From NCBI GenBank assembly GCA_964549955.1, contig CAZJXZ010000001.1:1-45757 (forward strand): a DNA stretch of 45,757 nt, written 5' to 3'. Shown piece after piece: positions 1 to 8,251 of the stretch. The notes beneath the pieces are model-generated. The model was not told the origin of the DNA, did not search any database, and saw nothing but the letters and a program-made list of their open reading frames with translations. The translations under genes and the position numbers were made by a program. How positions within the stretch are numbered: position 1 is the first letter of the stretch; the number at the start of each line of letters is the position of its first letter. This DNA comes from an uncultured Eubacteriales bacterium. Its GTDB lineage: Bacteria; Acidobacteriota; Aminicenantia; Aminicenantales; Aminicenantaceae.

Positions 1-1
1 C

Positions 2-1813
2 ATGAATCCGGACGGCGGTGAGCCCTGGCAGGTCACAGAAGCCAAGGCCGGAGTTATCTCTTTCGACTGGAACAAAGACGGCTCCTTTCTTGCCTTTCTG
101 AGCGGTGAAGATAAGGAAAAGCAAATCTGGATTCTTCCTGAAAGTGGTGAGAAGGCCGCTCAGCTGACAAAGCATGAGACTCCGGTTGAATCCTGGTTCT
201 GGAGCCCGGATGGAAAAAAGGTTTACTTCACCGCACCAGATAGGTTCGACGAAATCGAGAAAAAAAGGATAAAAGATGGATTCAATGTCCAGGTCATTGA
301 TCCAATCAAAATAGCCCGCCATCTCTGGGTCATAGACCTGGAGAAAAAAGAAGAGAAAAGGCTCACCTCTGGCGACTTTTCAGTCGAGCAGGCTGTCATT
401 TCCGATGATGGGCAGCTTATCGCCTTCAGCGGCTCAAGCCCGAACCGTTACTCCTCTCCCGAAGACTCGGAGGTTTATCTCCTCAAGCTTCAAGACGAGA
501 AATTTGAGCGACTGACTCAAAACAAAGTTTCAGAAGGCTCTCTTAGCTTTTCTCCAGACAAAAAATGGCTGGCTTTTTCCGCGCCGGATGAATTCACCTA
601 CATGAGAAAAGCGCGAATCTATCTCTATCCCTTGGCCGGAGGAGAGATGGTCAAGCTCCCTGAAAACTTCGACCTGGATGCTGGAGTCTCCTTCTGGAGC
701 GAAAAGGGAGACACAATTTTTTTCAATGCCCTGGAGGGGACAACCAACAACCTTTTTGCCGTGCCCGTGGCCAAGGGCTCGAGTCCGATGAGGGTCACTG
801 ATGAGAGAGCCATGGTCTCTGCCCGCAAAGATAAAGAGACGGGTCTAATCTTTATCACTTATGCTGACCCGCATCAGCCGTCCGATATCTACTTGGCCTC
901 CACGAAAACACTAACCAACAGGAAAAGATGGGTGAAGCTTACAGATTCCAATCCCCAAGTTAAAAATTTTTCTCTGGCCCAATACGAGAACGTCACCTGG
1001 AAAAGCACTGACGGCCAGACGATCGAGGGAATCCTCGTCTATCCGCTCAACTATGAACAGGGAAAGCGCTATCCGCTTATCGTCCAGATCCACGGCGGCC
1101 CGGCCAGCGCCTATACCCATTCTTTCTCAGGCTCCTACGGAACTTACACCCATGTCTTTGCCGCCAACGGCTATGCTGTCTTTCAGCCCAATTACCGCGG
1201 CTCTTCAGGATACGGCGAAAAGTTCCGGATGGAGATCGCCGGCGATTATTTCCGTCAGGCTTTCGATGATATCATGAGCGGGGTTGATTATCTCATCGAA
1301 AGGGGAATCGCTGACCCGGAGAAGCTGGGAATGATGGGCTGGAGCGCGGGCGGCCACTGGTCAAACTGGACCCTTGTCTCTACTGACCGCTTCAAAGCCA
1401 TCTCAACCGGTGCAGGAGCGGTGAACTGGATTTCTCTTTATGCTCAAACTGACGAGCAGGACCCCCGTGAATTTTATTTCAAGGGCAGGCCCTACGACAA
1501 CTGGGACCACTATCTGGATGTTTCACCGCTGAAGTACATCAAGAAGGCTAAGACGCCGACGCTGATTCACTTCGGAGAAAAAGACAGGCGGATTCCCAGG
1601 CCGCAGGGTGATGAATTGCATATGGCCCTCAAGAAGCTGGGAGTCCCGACTGAATTCATCGTCTATCCTGAAATGCCCCATGGCTTAGAGAACCCCCGCT
1701 ATCAGTTGGTAAAGATGGAGGCAGAATTTGCCTGGTTTGAAAAATGGATAAAGGGAAAGGAGGGGTGGCTGGATTGGGAGAAGCTGCTCAAGACCTTAGA
1801 GGAAGAAAAGTAA
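2..1813 (+). CDS. S9 family serine peptidase (prolyl oligopeptidase/acylaminoacyl-peptidase-like), 5' end cut by window edge
   Basis: The ORF is open to the window start. The N-terminal part has beta-propeller-like repeats (SPDGKKVYF, SPDKKWLAF). The C-terminal alpha/beta hydrolase carries the nucleophile elbow GWSAGG. Later EKDRRIP and MPHGL fit a Ser-Asp-His triad. Confidence 0.85.
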   Translation: MNPDGGEPWQVTEAKAGVISFDWNKDGSFLAFLSGEDKEKQIWILPESGEKAAQLTKHETPVESWFWSPDGKKVYFTAPDRFDEIEKKRIKDGFNVQVIDPIKIARHLWVIDLEKKEEKRLTSGDFSVEQAVISDDGQLIAFSGSSPNRYSSPEDSEVYLLKLQDEKFERLTQNKVSEGSLSFSPDKKWLAFSAPDEFTYMRKARIYLYPLAGGEMVKLPENFDLDAGVSFWSEKGDTIFFNALEGTTNNLFAVPVAKGSSPMRVTDERAMVSARKDKETGLIFITYADPHQPSDIYLASTKTLTNRKRWVKLTDSNPQVKNFSLAQYENVTWKSTDGQTIEGILVYPLNYEQGKRYPLIVQIHGGPASAYTHSFSGSYGTYTHVFAANGYAVFQPNYRGSSGYGEKFRMEIAGDYFRQAFDDIMSGVDYLIERGIADPEKLGMMGWSAGGHWSNWTLVSTDRFKAISTGAGAVNWISLYAQTDEQDPREFYFKGRPYDNWDHYLDVSPLKYIKKAKTPTLIHFGEKDRRIPRPQGDELHMALKKLGVPTEFIVYPEMPHGLENPRYQLVKMEAEFAWFEKWIKGKEGWLDWEKLLKTLEEEK

Positions 1814-1817
1814 GGTT

Positions 1818-1838
1818 AAAGGGGCAGACCCCTTTTTT
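1818..1838. terminator. Intrinsic terminator hairpin between convergent genes (AAAGGGG-CAGA-CCCCTTTTTT)
   Basis: GGGG/CCCC stem extended by AAA/TTT, with a 4-nt loop and a T6 run on the plus strand. It sits in the 29-nt gap between the stop at 1813 (+) and the stop at 1843 (-). Confidence 0.6.
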
Positions 1839-1842
1839 CATT

Positions 1843-2364
1843 CTAAAACTTGCCGTCCATCTGGAACTCGGCGCTGTCCAGCCAGAATCCTGAATGGGTG
1901 AGAGAATCGTGCTGGGCTTGAAGCAAGTCATAATGAAATCTTTCTTCGTCAGCAATTTTTTCGAAAATCTCTTTGGCCGCCGGGTCATCCACATCCTGAG
2001 CAGACTTCTGAAAAAAGTCGACGGCATTCTTCTCTAGCTCCATCCCGATGCTCAGGGCCTCGATCTCGCTCTTCCCTTCTGCCCTCTTCATCCTTGAAGC
2101 CAGCTCTTCAATCAAGGAAGATTGTCCCCTGAGTTCCTCATCCTTGATGTATTTTTTCCAGTCAGCCCCTTGAAGGGCCGAGCTGAACAACTGGCCGAAT
2201 GTCTGGAGATGCTTGACCTCCTCTTCGGCAAGACGCAGGAACATCTTTTTCCCGAGCTGGTTCTGGGTGATCTCCGCCGCATGGTTGAAAAAACTTCTGC
2301 CGTTGATCTCAAGCTTGATGGCCTCTTTAATGGCTTTCTCTACTTGTTTGCTCATCTTTTTCAT
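1843..2364 (-). CDS. Rubrerythrin-like / ferritin-like di-iron four-helix-bundle protein
   Basis: 173 aa with two E-x-x-H motifs (EEEVKH, DEERFH). Partner Glu residues lie in the preceding helices (LEINGRSFF, MELEKNAVDFF), as in COG1633-type rubrerythrin-fold proteins. Confidence 0.7.
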   Translation of the reverse strand: MKKMSKQVEKAIKEAIKLEINGRSFFNHAAEITQNQLGKKMFLRLAEEEVKHLQTFGQLFSSALQGADWKKYIKDEELRGQSSLIEELASRMKRAEGKSEIEALSIGMELEKNAVDFFQKSAQDVDDPAAKEIFEKIADEERFHYDLLQAQHDSLTHSGFWLDSAEFQMDGKF

Positions 2365-2527
2365 GAATCGTCTCCTTTCCTTTCTCTATATCTCTTCTCA
2401 ATCAAATCTTAATAGAGATGAGTTTCTTTCGATAGAGATTTCTATTTATAAAGAAATTTATAGTACATTAAAAAAAGATAAAATTGAATAAAAAAACTTC
2501 TTTGCTCGGCGATGTGATTCTATTTTT

Positions 2528-4849
2528 CTAACGAGTGTTTGAGTTGGTTTGAACTAGCTCCCTCCCTTTCCGAGCATACTCCTCAGAGAGAGTGCTCTTT
2601 CCGAGCCTGTTGTAGAGGTCTGCCAGAAGAAAGTAGCCCAGTGGCAAATCCTTCTTTTCAGGCTTTAGCTCAATCCCCTTCTTGACCAGGGAGATCGCCT
2701 CTTCAAAATTCTGGCCGCGATTGAGATAAATCCGGGCGAGGTAGAAATAGCTCAAGGGGAAATTGGGGTTTATCTCAATTGTTTTTTTCAAATATTCAAG
2801 CTCTTGCTCTTCCTGGCCTGAGAGCCGGTAGAGGCGGGAAAGGTTAAAACAGGCCCTAAAATGCTTAGGCGAAAACTGGAGTTCCTTTCGATAGGCTTCC
2901 ATGGCCTCCAAAGTTTTTCCTTGTTTTTCGCGTATCTCGGCCAAGTTGAAATAGACATTGCTCAACTTCGGATTGAGGGCTAGAGCAAGGTTAATATGTT
3001 TTTCAGCTTGGACGAGGTCCTCTTTGATGATGTAAATCGCAGCCAAACCGTTTTGAGCTGAAGCTGATTCAGAGTTGATAGAAAGGCACTTCTCATAATA
3101 GGGAATAGCCTCATCGTATTTTTTCTGGATGAATTTCATGCCTCCCAGCATGAAATAGAGCTGAGAATCCGAGAATCCCTTTTTTATATAATCCAGAACG
3201 AACTTTTCAGCCTCATCAAATTTTCTCATTCTCTGGTAAGAGAGACCGATGTTAAGAACGACAAAGGTATCATCGGGCTTTCGCTCCAGAGCTTTTTCGA
3301 AGTAAGATATGGCTTCCTTGAAATCTCCTTGCTTAAAATAAATATTCCCGAGGGAAAAGTAAGCATCGGTTATTTCCGGGTCATTGGCGATGATTTCTTT
3401 TATGATTCTTATGGCTTCCTCGGCCTTCCCGCTTAGTCCTAGCTCCCGCGCCTTGGAAAGCTCGTTAAAAACGACAATCTTTTCTTTGGGATTGGCCAGC
3501 TTCTTCCCTTTCAATTTGGCTGAATCGGTGAATGAGCCGATGTATCCCAGGGCAGCGAGTTTCTCTCTTGTCTCTTCGTCGATCTTTCTGTAGTCAAGCT
3601 CATAGGCATTCTGGCTCGATTTTTCTATAAATTTTAAAGCCTCGGGATGGAACTCAGCCAGAATTTTCTTTTCAGAAGATGCCAAGTTTTTCCCTTCATT
3701 CGGGTCCTGAGCCAAATCATAGAGCTCGAGTTCTGGGGCAATAATCAATTTGTACCTATCCTTTTGAACGGTTTGGAGCTCAGACCAGCCATAGTGGAAA
3801 CGAGGATAAAAAGTTTCCGAGTAGCCAAGGCTATCTAGCTTTTTTTCAGGCTCAAAAAATAAAGGTATAAGGCTTTTCCCCTGGACCTGAGCAGGGATGG
3901 AGATTCCTCCCATCTCCAAGACAGTGGGCATGACATCGACCAGGGAAACGATTTGAGCAGAGGAAATTCCCTGAAGCTTTTCAAATGGGGTGAAAAAGAT
4001 GAGAGGAACATGGATGGCCTCTTGATAGACAAAAAAGCCATGGGTTGATTCTCGATGTTGGCCGAGGCTTTCGCCGTGGTCTGAGGCAAAAATAAGGAAA
4101 GAATTCTGGATGAGATCGTTGGCTTTGAGAAACTCCCAGAGCCGGCCAAGCTGAGAGTCGGCAAAGGCAATCTCTCCTAAATAGGGATGTCGGTATTTCT
4201 TGTCAAAAGGAGGAGGAGGTTCGTAGGGAGTATGGGGGTCGTAGAGATGAATCCAGGCAAAAAATCTTTTTTGCTTTTCCTTCTCCAGCCAGGTCAAAGC
4301 CTCATCCATGACCTCGTTTCCTGGACGCTGGACAGTTGCTAAGGAGACTTTTTCAAAACGGCTCAAGTCAAACTGGTCGAAGTAATAATCAAACCCCTGG
4401 TTAAGCCCCCACTTGGAATCGAGGACATAGGCGCCGACAAAGGCCGCCGTCTCATAGCCATTTTCCTTAAAAAGCTCGGCCAGGGTTTTAAGTTCTGGCG
4501 GAACGATAAACCCGCCGTTATCCCTGACTCCGTGGAAGAGGGGAAGAGTCCCGGTGAGAAGGGAGGTGTGAGAAGGAAGAGTGAGCGGTGTTTGAGCGAT
4601 ACATCTTGTGAATTTTATTCCCCGCGAAGCAAAAAGGTCGATGAAAGGAGTATCAATCCACTGAAAGCCATAGCAGCCAATCCTGTCAGCGCGCAGGGTG
4701 TCGACGGTAATCAGGATGAAATTGAATCCTTTGCCCCCTTTCAGGCGGGCAAAACTTGGCTTCCAGGGGCGAAGAAGGAAAACAAGAATGAATAAAATAA
4801 AAACGAATAAAAAAACAGAGGCAATAATGAATACTTTATTTCTATTCAT
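2528..4849 (-). CDS. Sulfatase-fold (alkaline-phosphatase superfamily) hydrolase/transferase fused to C-terminal TPR repeats, with an N-terminal membrane anchor
   Basis: Starts with an N-terminal hydrophobic helix. Sulfatase N-domain motifs are present: ILITVDTLRADR, TPLTLPSHTSLLTG, SDHGE. The nucleophile position reads T-L-P-S-H rather than C/S-x-P-x-R. About 300 C-terminal residues are TPR-like repeats (AxxYFxKALxxxP pattern). Confidence 0.8.
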   Translation of the reverse strand: MNRNKVFIIASVFLFVFILFILVFLLRPWKPSFARLKGGKGFNFILITVDTLRADRIGCYGFQWIDTPFIDLFASRGIKFTRCIAQTPLTLPSHTSLLTGTLPLFHGVRDNGGFIVPPELKTLAELFKENGYETAAFVGAYVLDSKWGLNQGFDYYFDQFDLSRFEKVSLATVQRPGNEVMDEALTWLEKEKQKRFFAWIHLYDPHTPYEPPPPFDKKYRHPYLGEIAFADSQLGRLWEFLKANDLIQNSFLIFASDHGESLGQHRESTHGFFVYQEAIHVPLIFFTPFEKLQGISSAQIVSLVDVMPTVLEMGGISIPAQVQGKSLIPLFFEPEKKLDSLGYSETFYPRFHYGWSELQTVQKDRYKLIIAPELELYDLAQDPNEGKNLASSEKKILAEFHPEALKFIEKSSQNAYELDYRKIDEETREKLAALGYIGSFTDSAKLKGKKLANPKEKIVVFNELSKARELGLSGKAEEAIRIIKEIIANDPEITDAYFSLGNIYFKQGDFKEAISYFEKALERKPDDTFVVLNIGLSYQRMRKFDEAEKFVLDYIKKGFSDSQLYFMLGGMKFIQKKYDEAIPYYEKCLSINSESASAQNGLAAIYIIKEDLVQAEKHINLALALNPKLSNVYFNLAEIREKQGKTLEAMEAYRKELQFSPKHFRACFNLSRLYRLSGQEEQELEYLKKTIEINPNFPLSYFYLARIYLNRGQNFEEAISLVKKGIELKPEKKDLPLGYFLLADLYNRLGKSTLSEEYARKGRELVQTNSNTR

Positions 4850-4992
4850 CTTTAAGGGCTATTGAGATCAGTATAAATAACGGATACAAATCTTAAGAGA
4901 AAATAACAGACATTAATTATACGAACATCAATAAATTCTATTATAAAAGAAAAGGCTTTTTTATATAAAAAATTCCTTTTTGTTATTTTTCA

Positions 4993-5042
4993 TAAAAAAG
5001 TGAGAAGGGGAAAGCCCCCCATGAGAGCTCTCCCCTTTTCTC
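4993..5042 (-). terminator. Intrinsic terminator downstream of the outer-membrane protein gene
   Basis: On the minus strand, GAGAAAAGGGGA...TCCCCTTCTC arms enclose an inner GGGG/CCCC hairpin and are followed by ACTTTTTTAT. It starts about 15 nt after the stop at 5058. Confidence 0.5.
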
Positions 5043-5057
5043 GAACCCTGGTCTAAA

Positions 5058-7850
5058 TCAGAAGATTACGCGAATTCCGATCCTTGCCTGGCGCGGCAGG
5101 ACAATCCCAAGCAGGTTGTGTCCCTCGGTCGATTCATAGTAATTTGGGTCAGTAGGCAGGAGCCAGTCATAGCCGATTCTTGTCCCCCAGTTGGTGATGG
5201 TATCAGCGTTGAAGACGTTGAAGACATCGACCATCAATCCTAAGCGGTATTTCTTGGCCAGGGTGAAAATCTTCTCCAGCCTCAGGTCGAGGATTTTCTC
5301 CATCGGGTAGTGTTGGGCACCTTTAGATTCTGTGTTGAAAGTCACTCTTCCCTGAGGAAGTGCCCTGGTTCTGAATCTCTGGTTCCAACTCGGGCCAGTA
5401 ATTCCCCTGAAATAAGCGCTTAAGCTAACATCTACTACAGGAATTAGGTAGGTTCCCTGGAATTTAATCATGTGAGTCGGATCGTAGGTAGCATAGCCCT
5501 CGGCATAAGTCCAGTAATTCGGGTCACCTGTATACATTCCGCTCCTGGCATTCCAGCCGATGTCATCTCCCCAGGTGTTGTCTATCGTGCCTTTTGTCTG
5601 GGAGTAGACATAAGAGGCGATCACCTGCCAACGGTTTGAAAATCGCTTGTTGAAGAGGAGTTCAATGCCCGCATATCTTCGGTAAGGCCTTCCCAGGACA
5701 TAAGGTCTATCAGCGCCCTGCCTCATGTTCTCAATCATAAACTCATGGGCGCTGCCCGAGGTTAATTGATAAACTGTAAATACCTTATCGAGAGGAGCGA
5801 CATAATATCCATTGGGAGATCTGTAATAATAAGGTGCAAACTGGGCTAAGGTGTCATAGACTCCGATTTGGTTCTTCCAGTTTCTGTAGATGAAGCTCAG
5901 GGTAATAGAAGAATCCCTGAAGAGCTCTCTTTCAATACTGGCTGTGTACTGGTCCATATAAGGATGCTTTATTCCTTCCTCCATCTTCCAATTCTGCGTG
6001 ACTCTATCAATCTCTACCCAATCTTGTGGCGTTGCCGTCAAATCCCAGAGATAGGTAATATAGTCAGCCCACTTGGGAGTTAGTCGCTCATGGTAGGCAG
6101 CAAACATTGCTTCTGTAAACTGGCCATAATGAGCTTTGAGGATTGTGCTCTTGTCTCCAAAAATGTCAAAGGCAAAACCGACACGGGGCGCTATCCGGTT
6201 GGTATTGTAAACAACTCCCTCAACATCTTTGATCGTTCCCCAGTTCTGGCTGAAGCGAAGACCGAAATTCAGATTCAAGCGGGGGGTAATCTTCCAGGAA
6301 TCCTGGGCAAACCCTTCGAGCCTGGTGTATCTCACATTGAAATCATAGCCCTCGTATTCAAACTTCAGGTAGTTTCCGTAATAGCCGTATCCCCAATAAT
6401 CCTCATAATAGGTGTGGTTTGGGCCTGTAAAACCATATTGGCTTCTGGACCAGGAGTGCTCAATCTCAACCCCGAATTTGAAGTCATGGGAGCCTTTGAT
6501 AAAATCCTCAGCATAGTGGGTCAGGCTGGCATTGGCCTGGAACCTGGTGCGGTCGGCGAGGTAGTAATAGCCTGAGTTGTAATAGAGCATGTTGTCATTA
6601 TCAGAGAAATGGGCATTGACATCCCTTCCTGTCTCCGGCTCAAGGTAGTAATATCCCCAGAAATAAGCAGCCTTTAAGTCAAGGAAGGTCTTGGGGCTGA
6701 GAATGTTAGTCAGGCTGAAGTTGGCAACAACTTCTGGTGACGTCTGGTCGACTACAGCTTCTGGAGAAGTGGTGGCACTTCCACCGCGATTCTTGCCATT
6801 ATAAGTATCAACTTCGATAGAGCCAATCATGCTCAGTTTGGAGCTTAGCTGGGAATTGATTTTTAAAAATGACCTTGGCTGGATGTAATCGATTGCTTCG
6901 GGGAAGCCGGTTGGATATCGCCATGAGTGATACCACTGAAGCCCTGCGAAAAACCAGACTTTATCCTTCGTGATCGGGCCGCCGAGATGGGCATTCCCAT
7001 CCATCAGTTTTGTCAAAGGTGAGGTCAATTTGGGAAAATCTGCGACATAAGCTTGGTTATTTACTGCCTGCCAGAAATGTTTTGGCTTGTCGTCCTTTTT
7101 CCCCTGGAAGTCAAATTCAAAATGACCTGAAAATTCGTTGCCGCCGGACTTGGTGATCAGGTTAAAAATAACACCGGTGAAATTTCCGTATTCTGCTGGC
7201 AAGCCGAGCCCCATGACTTTAGCTTCCTCGATGATGTTGTGGTCGAGGAAGACCCAGGCTGTCCCTCCTTCAGGGTCAGCAACATTGACTCCATCCATCG
7301 AGTAAGCGATTCCTGTTCCATCCTGAGCACCATAAGCCACATCAGCAGTCGTACTCGGAGTAACTCCTGGAGCCAGATTGACGATGTCGGCAGTAAACTG
7401 GGAATAGGGAATGTTTCTCAGTATTTCGTTGCTCAGAGTCACGGAAGCGGTCTCGCTTGACTTGACATCCACAGTCGGCGATTGGGCGATGACCGTCACC
7501 TCTTCTGCTAAAGCAGCGAGTTTCATCGTCAGGTCTACCGTCAATCTGATGGTGGTTGAGAGGCGGATATTTTCCTGAATGACTGTCTTAAAACCTGTAA
7601 GCTCGGCCTTTAGGCTATAAACTCCGGGAGGCAGGGCGGGGAATCGGTAGCTTCCGTCTGCAGCAGTGACCGTCGTTCGCACGCCCATTAAGCTCGGGCT
7701 CTGGAGAGTCAATACTACGCCAGGAAGGGGACTTTTCTCTTCATCGAGAACAGTTCCAACAATCGCACCTGTATCTCTGGACTGGGAGAAAGCAAGGGAA
7801 CAAAGCACAAGGAAAAGAAAGCACATAACTATTATTGATTTGAGTTTCAT
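5058..7850 (-). CDS. TonB-dependent-receptor-like outer-membrane beta-barrel with N-terminal carboxypeptidase-regulatory-like (CarboxypepD_reg) domain
   Basis: Signal peptide MKLKSIIVMCFLFLVLCSLAFSQ. A CarboxypepD_reg pattern follows (GAIVGTVLDEEKSPLPGVVLTL...DGSYRFPALPPGVYSL), then a plug-like segment and a long Tyr/Gly/Asn-rich barrel. The C-terminus ends in RIGIRVIF (terminal Phe). The ORF track starts at a TTG at 7883. I prefer the ATG at 7850, preceded by AGGAGA. Confidence 0.8.
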   Translation of the reverse strand: MKLKSIIVMCFLFLVLCSLAFSQSRDTGAIVGTVLDEEKSPLPGVVLTLQSPSLMGVRTTVTAADGSYRFPALPPGVYSLKAELTGFKTVIQENIRLSTTIRLTVDLTMKLAALAEEVTVIAQSPTVDVKSSETASVTLSNEILRNIPYSQFTADIVNLAPGVTPSTTADVAYGAQDGTGIAYSMDGVNVADPEGGTAWVFLDHNIIEEAKVMGLGLPAEYGNFTGVIFNLITKSGGNEFSGHFEFDFQGKKDDKPKHFWQAVNNQAYVADFPKLTSPLTKLMDGNAHLGGPITKDKVWFFAGLQWYHSWRYPTGFPEAIDYIQPRSFLKINSQLSSKLSMIGSIEVDTYNGKNRGGSATTSPEAVVDQTSPEVVANFSLTNILSPKTFLDLKAAYFWGYYYLEPETGRDVNAHFSDNDNMLYYNSGYYYLADRTRFQANASLTHYAEDFIKGSHDFKFGVEIEHSWSRSQYGFTGPNHTYYEDYWGYGYYGNYLKFEYEGYDFNVRYTRLEGFAQDSWKITPRLNLNFGLRFSQNWGTIKDVEGVVYNTNRIAPRVGFAFDIFGDKSTILKAHYGQFTEAMFAAYHERLTPKWADYITYLWDLTATPQDWVEIDRVTQNWKMEEGIKHPYMDQYTASIERELFRDSSITLSFIYRNWKNQIGVYDTLAQFAPYYYRSPNGYYVAPLDKVFTVYQLTSGSAHEFMIENMRQGADRPYVLGRPYRRYAGIELLFNKRFSNRWQVIASYVYSQTKGTIDNTWGDDIGWNARSGMYTGDPNYWTYAEGYATYDPTHMIKFQGTYLIPVVDVSLSAYFRGITGPSWNQRFRTRALPQGRVTFNTESKGAQHYPMEKILDLRLEKIFTLAKKYRLGLMVDVFNVFNADTITNWGTRIGYDWLLPTDPNYYESTEGHNLLGIVLPRQARIGIRVIF

Positions 7851-7981
7851 TTTTCTCTCCTTTCCGTTTCTTCGTAAACCCAATGACTCATATCCCTTTA
7901 TTTAATTCCTCCTTTGATTCTCACCTCCTTATCGATGAATCGTGCCCGATTATCCAACAGGTAACTATACAAATTTAATAA

Positions 7982-7997
7982 GGCGAATTTCGTGCCA
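7982..7997 (-). promoter_or_regulatory. Candidate sigma-54 promoter (TGGCACG-N4-TCGC) upstream of the OMP gene
   Basis: The minus strand reads aaTTGGCACGaaatTCGCct. The -24 element is perfect and the -12 element has one mismatch (TCGC vs TTGC). GG-N10-GC spacing is kept. It lies about 130 nt upstream of the ATG at 7850. Confidence 0.3.
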
Positions 7998-8199
7998 ATT
8001 TTCAATTATAGCAATCCCTTTTTTATCAACAAGATATATCTTTGCCTTTCAACGGAAGTCAGTTTCCCTCTCCAAAAAATTGAATTATCCAAATATCTGC
8101 TTTGCCCTTCATTGCTATTATTTATTTTTATCATAAATTAAGCCAAAAAAAAAGCAAGAAATTTTTATGTTTACCAAACTTTCCTTCTGTGGGAAAAAT

Positions 8200-8228
8200 T
8201 TGAAACTTATTCGGCCTTATGCTAATTT
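8200..8228 (+). promoter_or_regulatory. Candidate sigma-70-type promoter for the GWxTD operon (TTGAAA-17 nt-TAATTT)
   Basis: TTGAAA at 8200-8205 and TAATTT at 8223-8228, separated by 17 nt. It lies about 24 nt upstream of the ATG at 8252. Confidence 0.3.
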
Positions 8229-8251
8229 AAGATTTAAAGAAGGGATTAGAC

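Noticed and set aside
2381-2465. ATAGAGA(T) motif repeated three times, plus the AT-rich quasi-palindrome CTATTTATAAAGAAATTTATAG, upstream of the rubrerythrin-like gene. This could be a PerR/Fur-type operator.
   Set aside because: Arm symmetry is only about 6/8 in an AT-rich region where such patterns are common. There is no convincing match to the Fur or PerR consensus.
7847-7891. 14-codon uORF (MSHWVYEETERREK) in the OMP leader, whose TGA overlaps the main ATG (ATGA). Two SD-like AGGAGG sequences lie further upstream.
   Set aside because: The strong SD-like sequences are too far from the uORF ATG (about 17 nt). The peptide has no regulatory-leader features, and the overlap may be coincidental.
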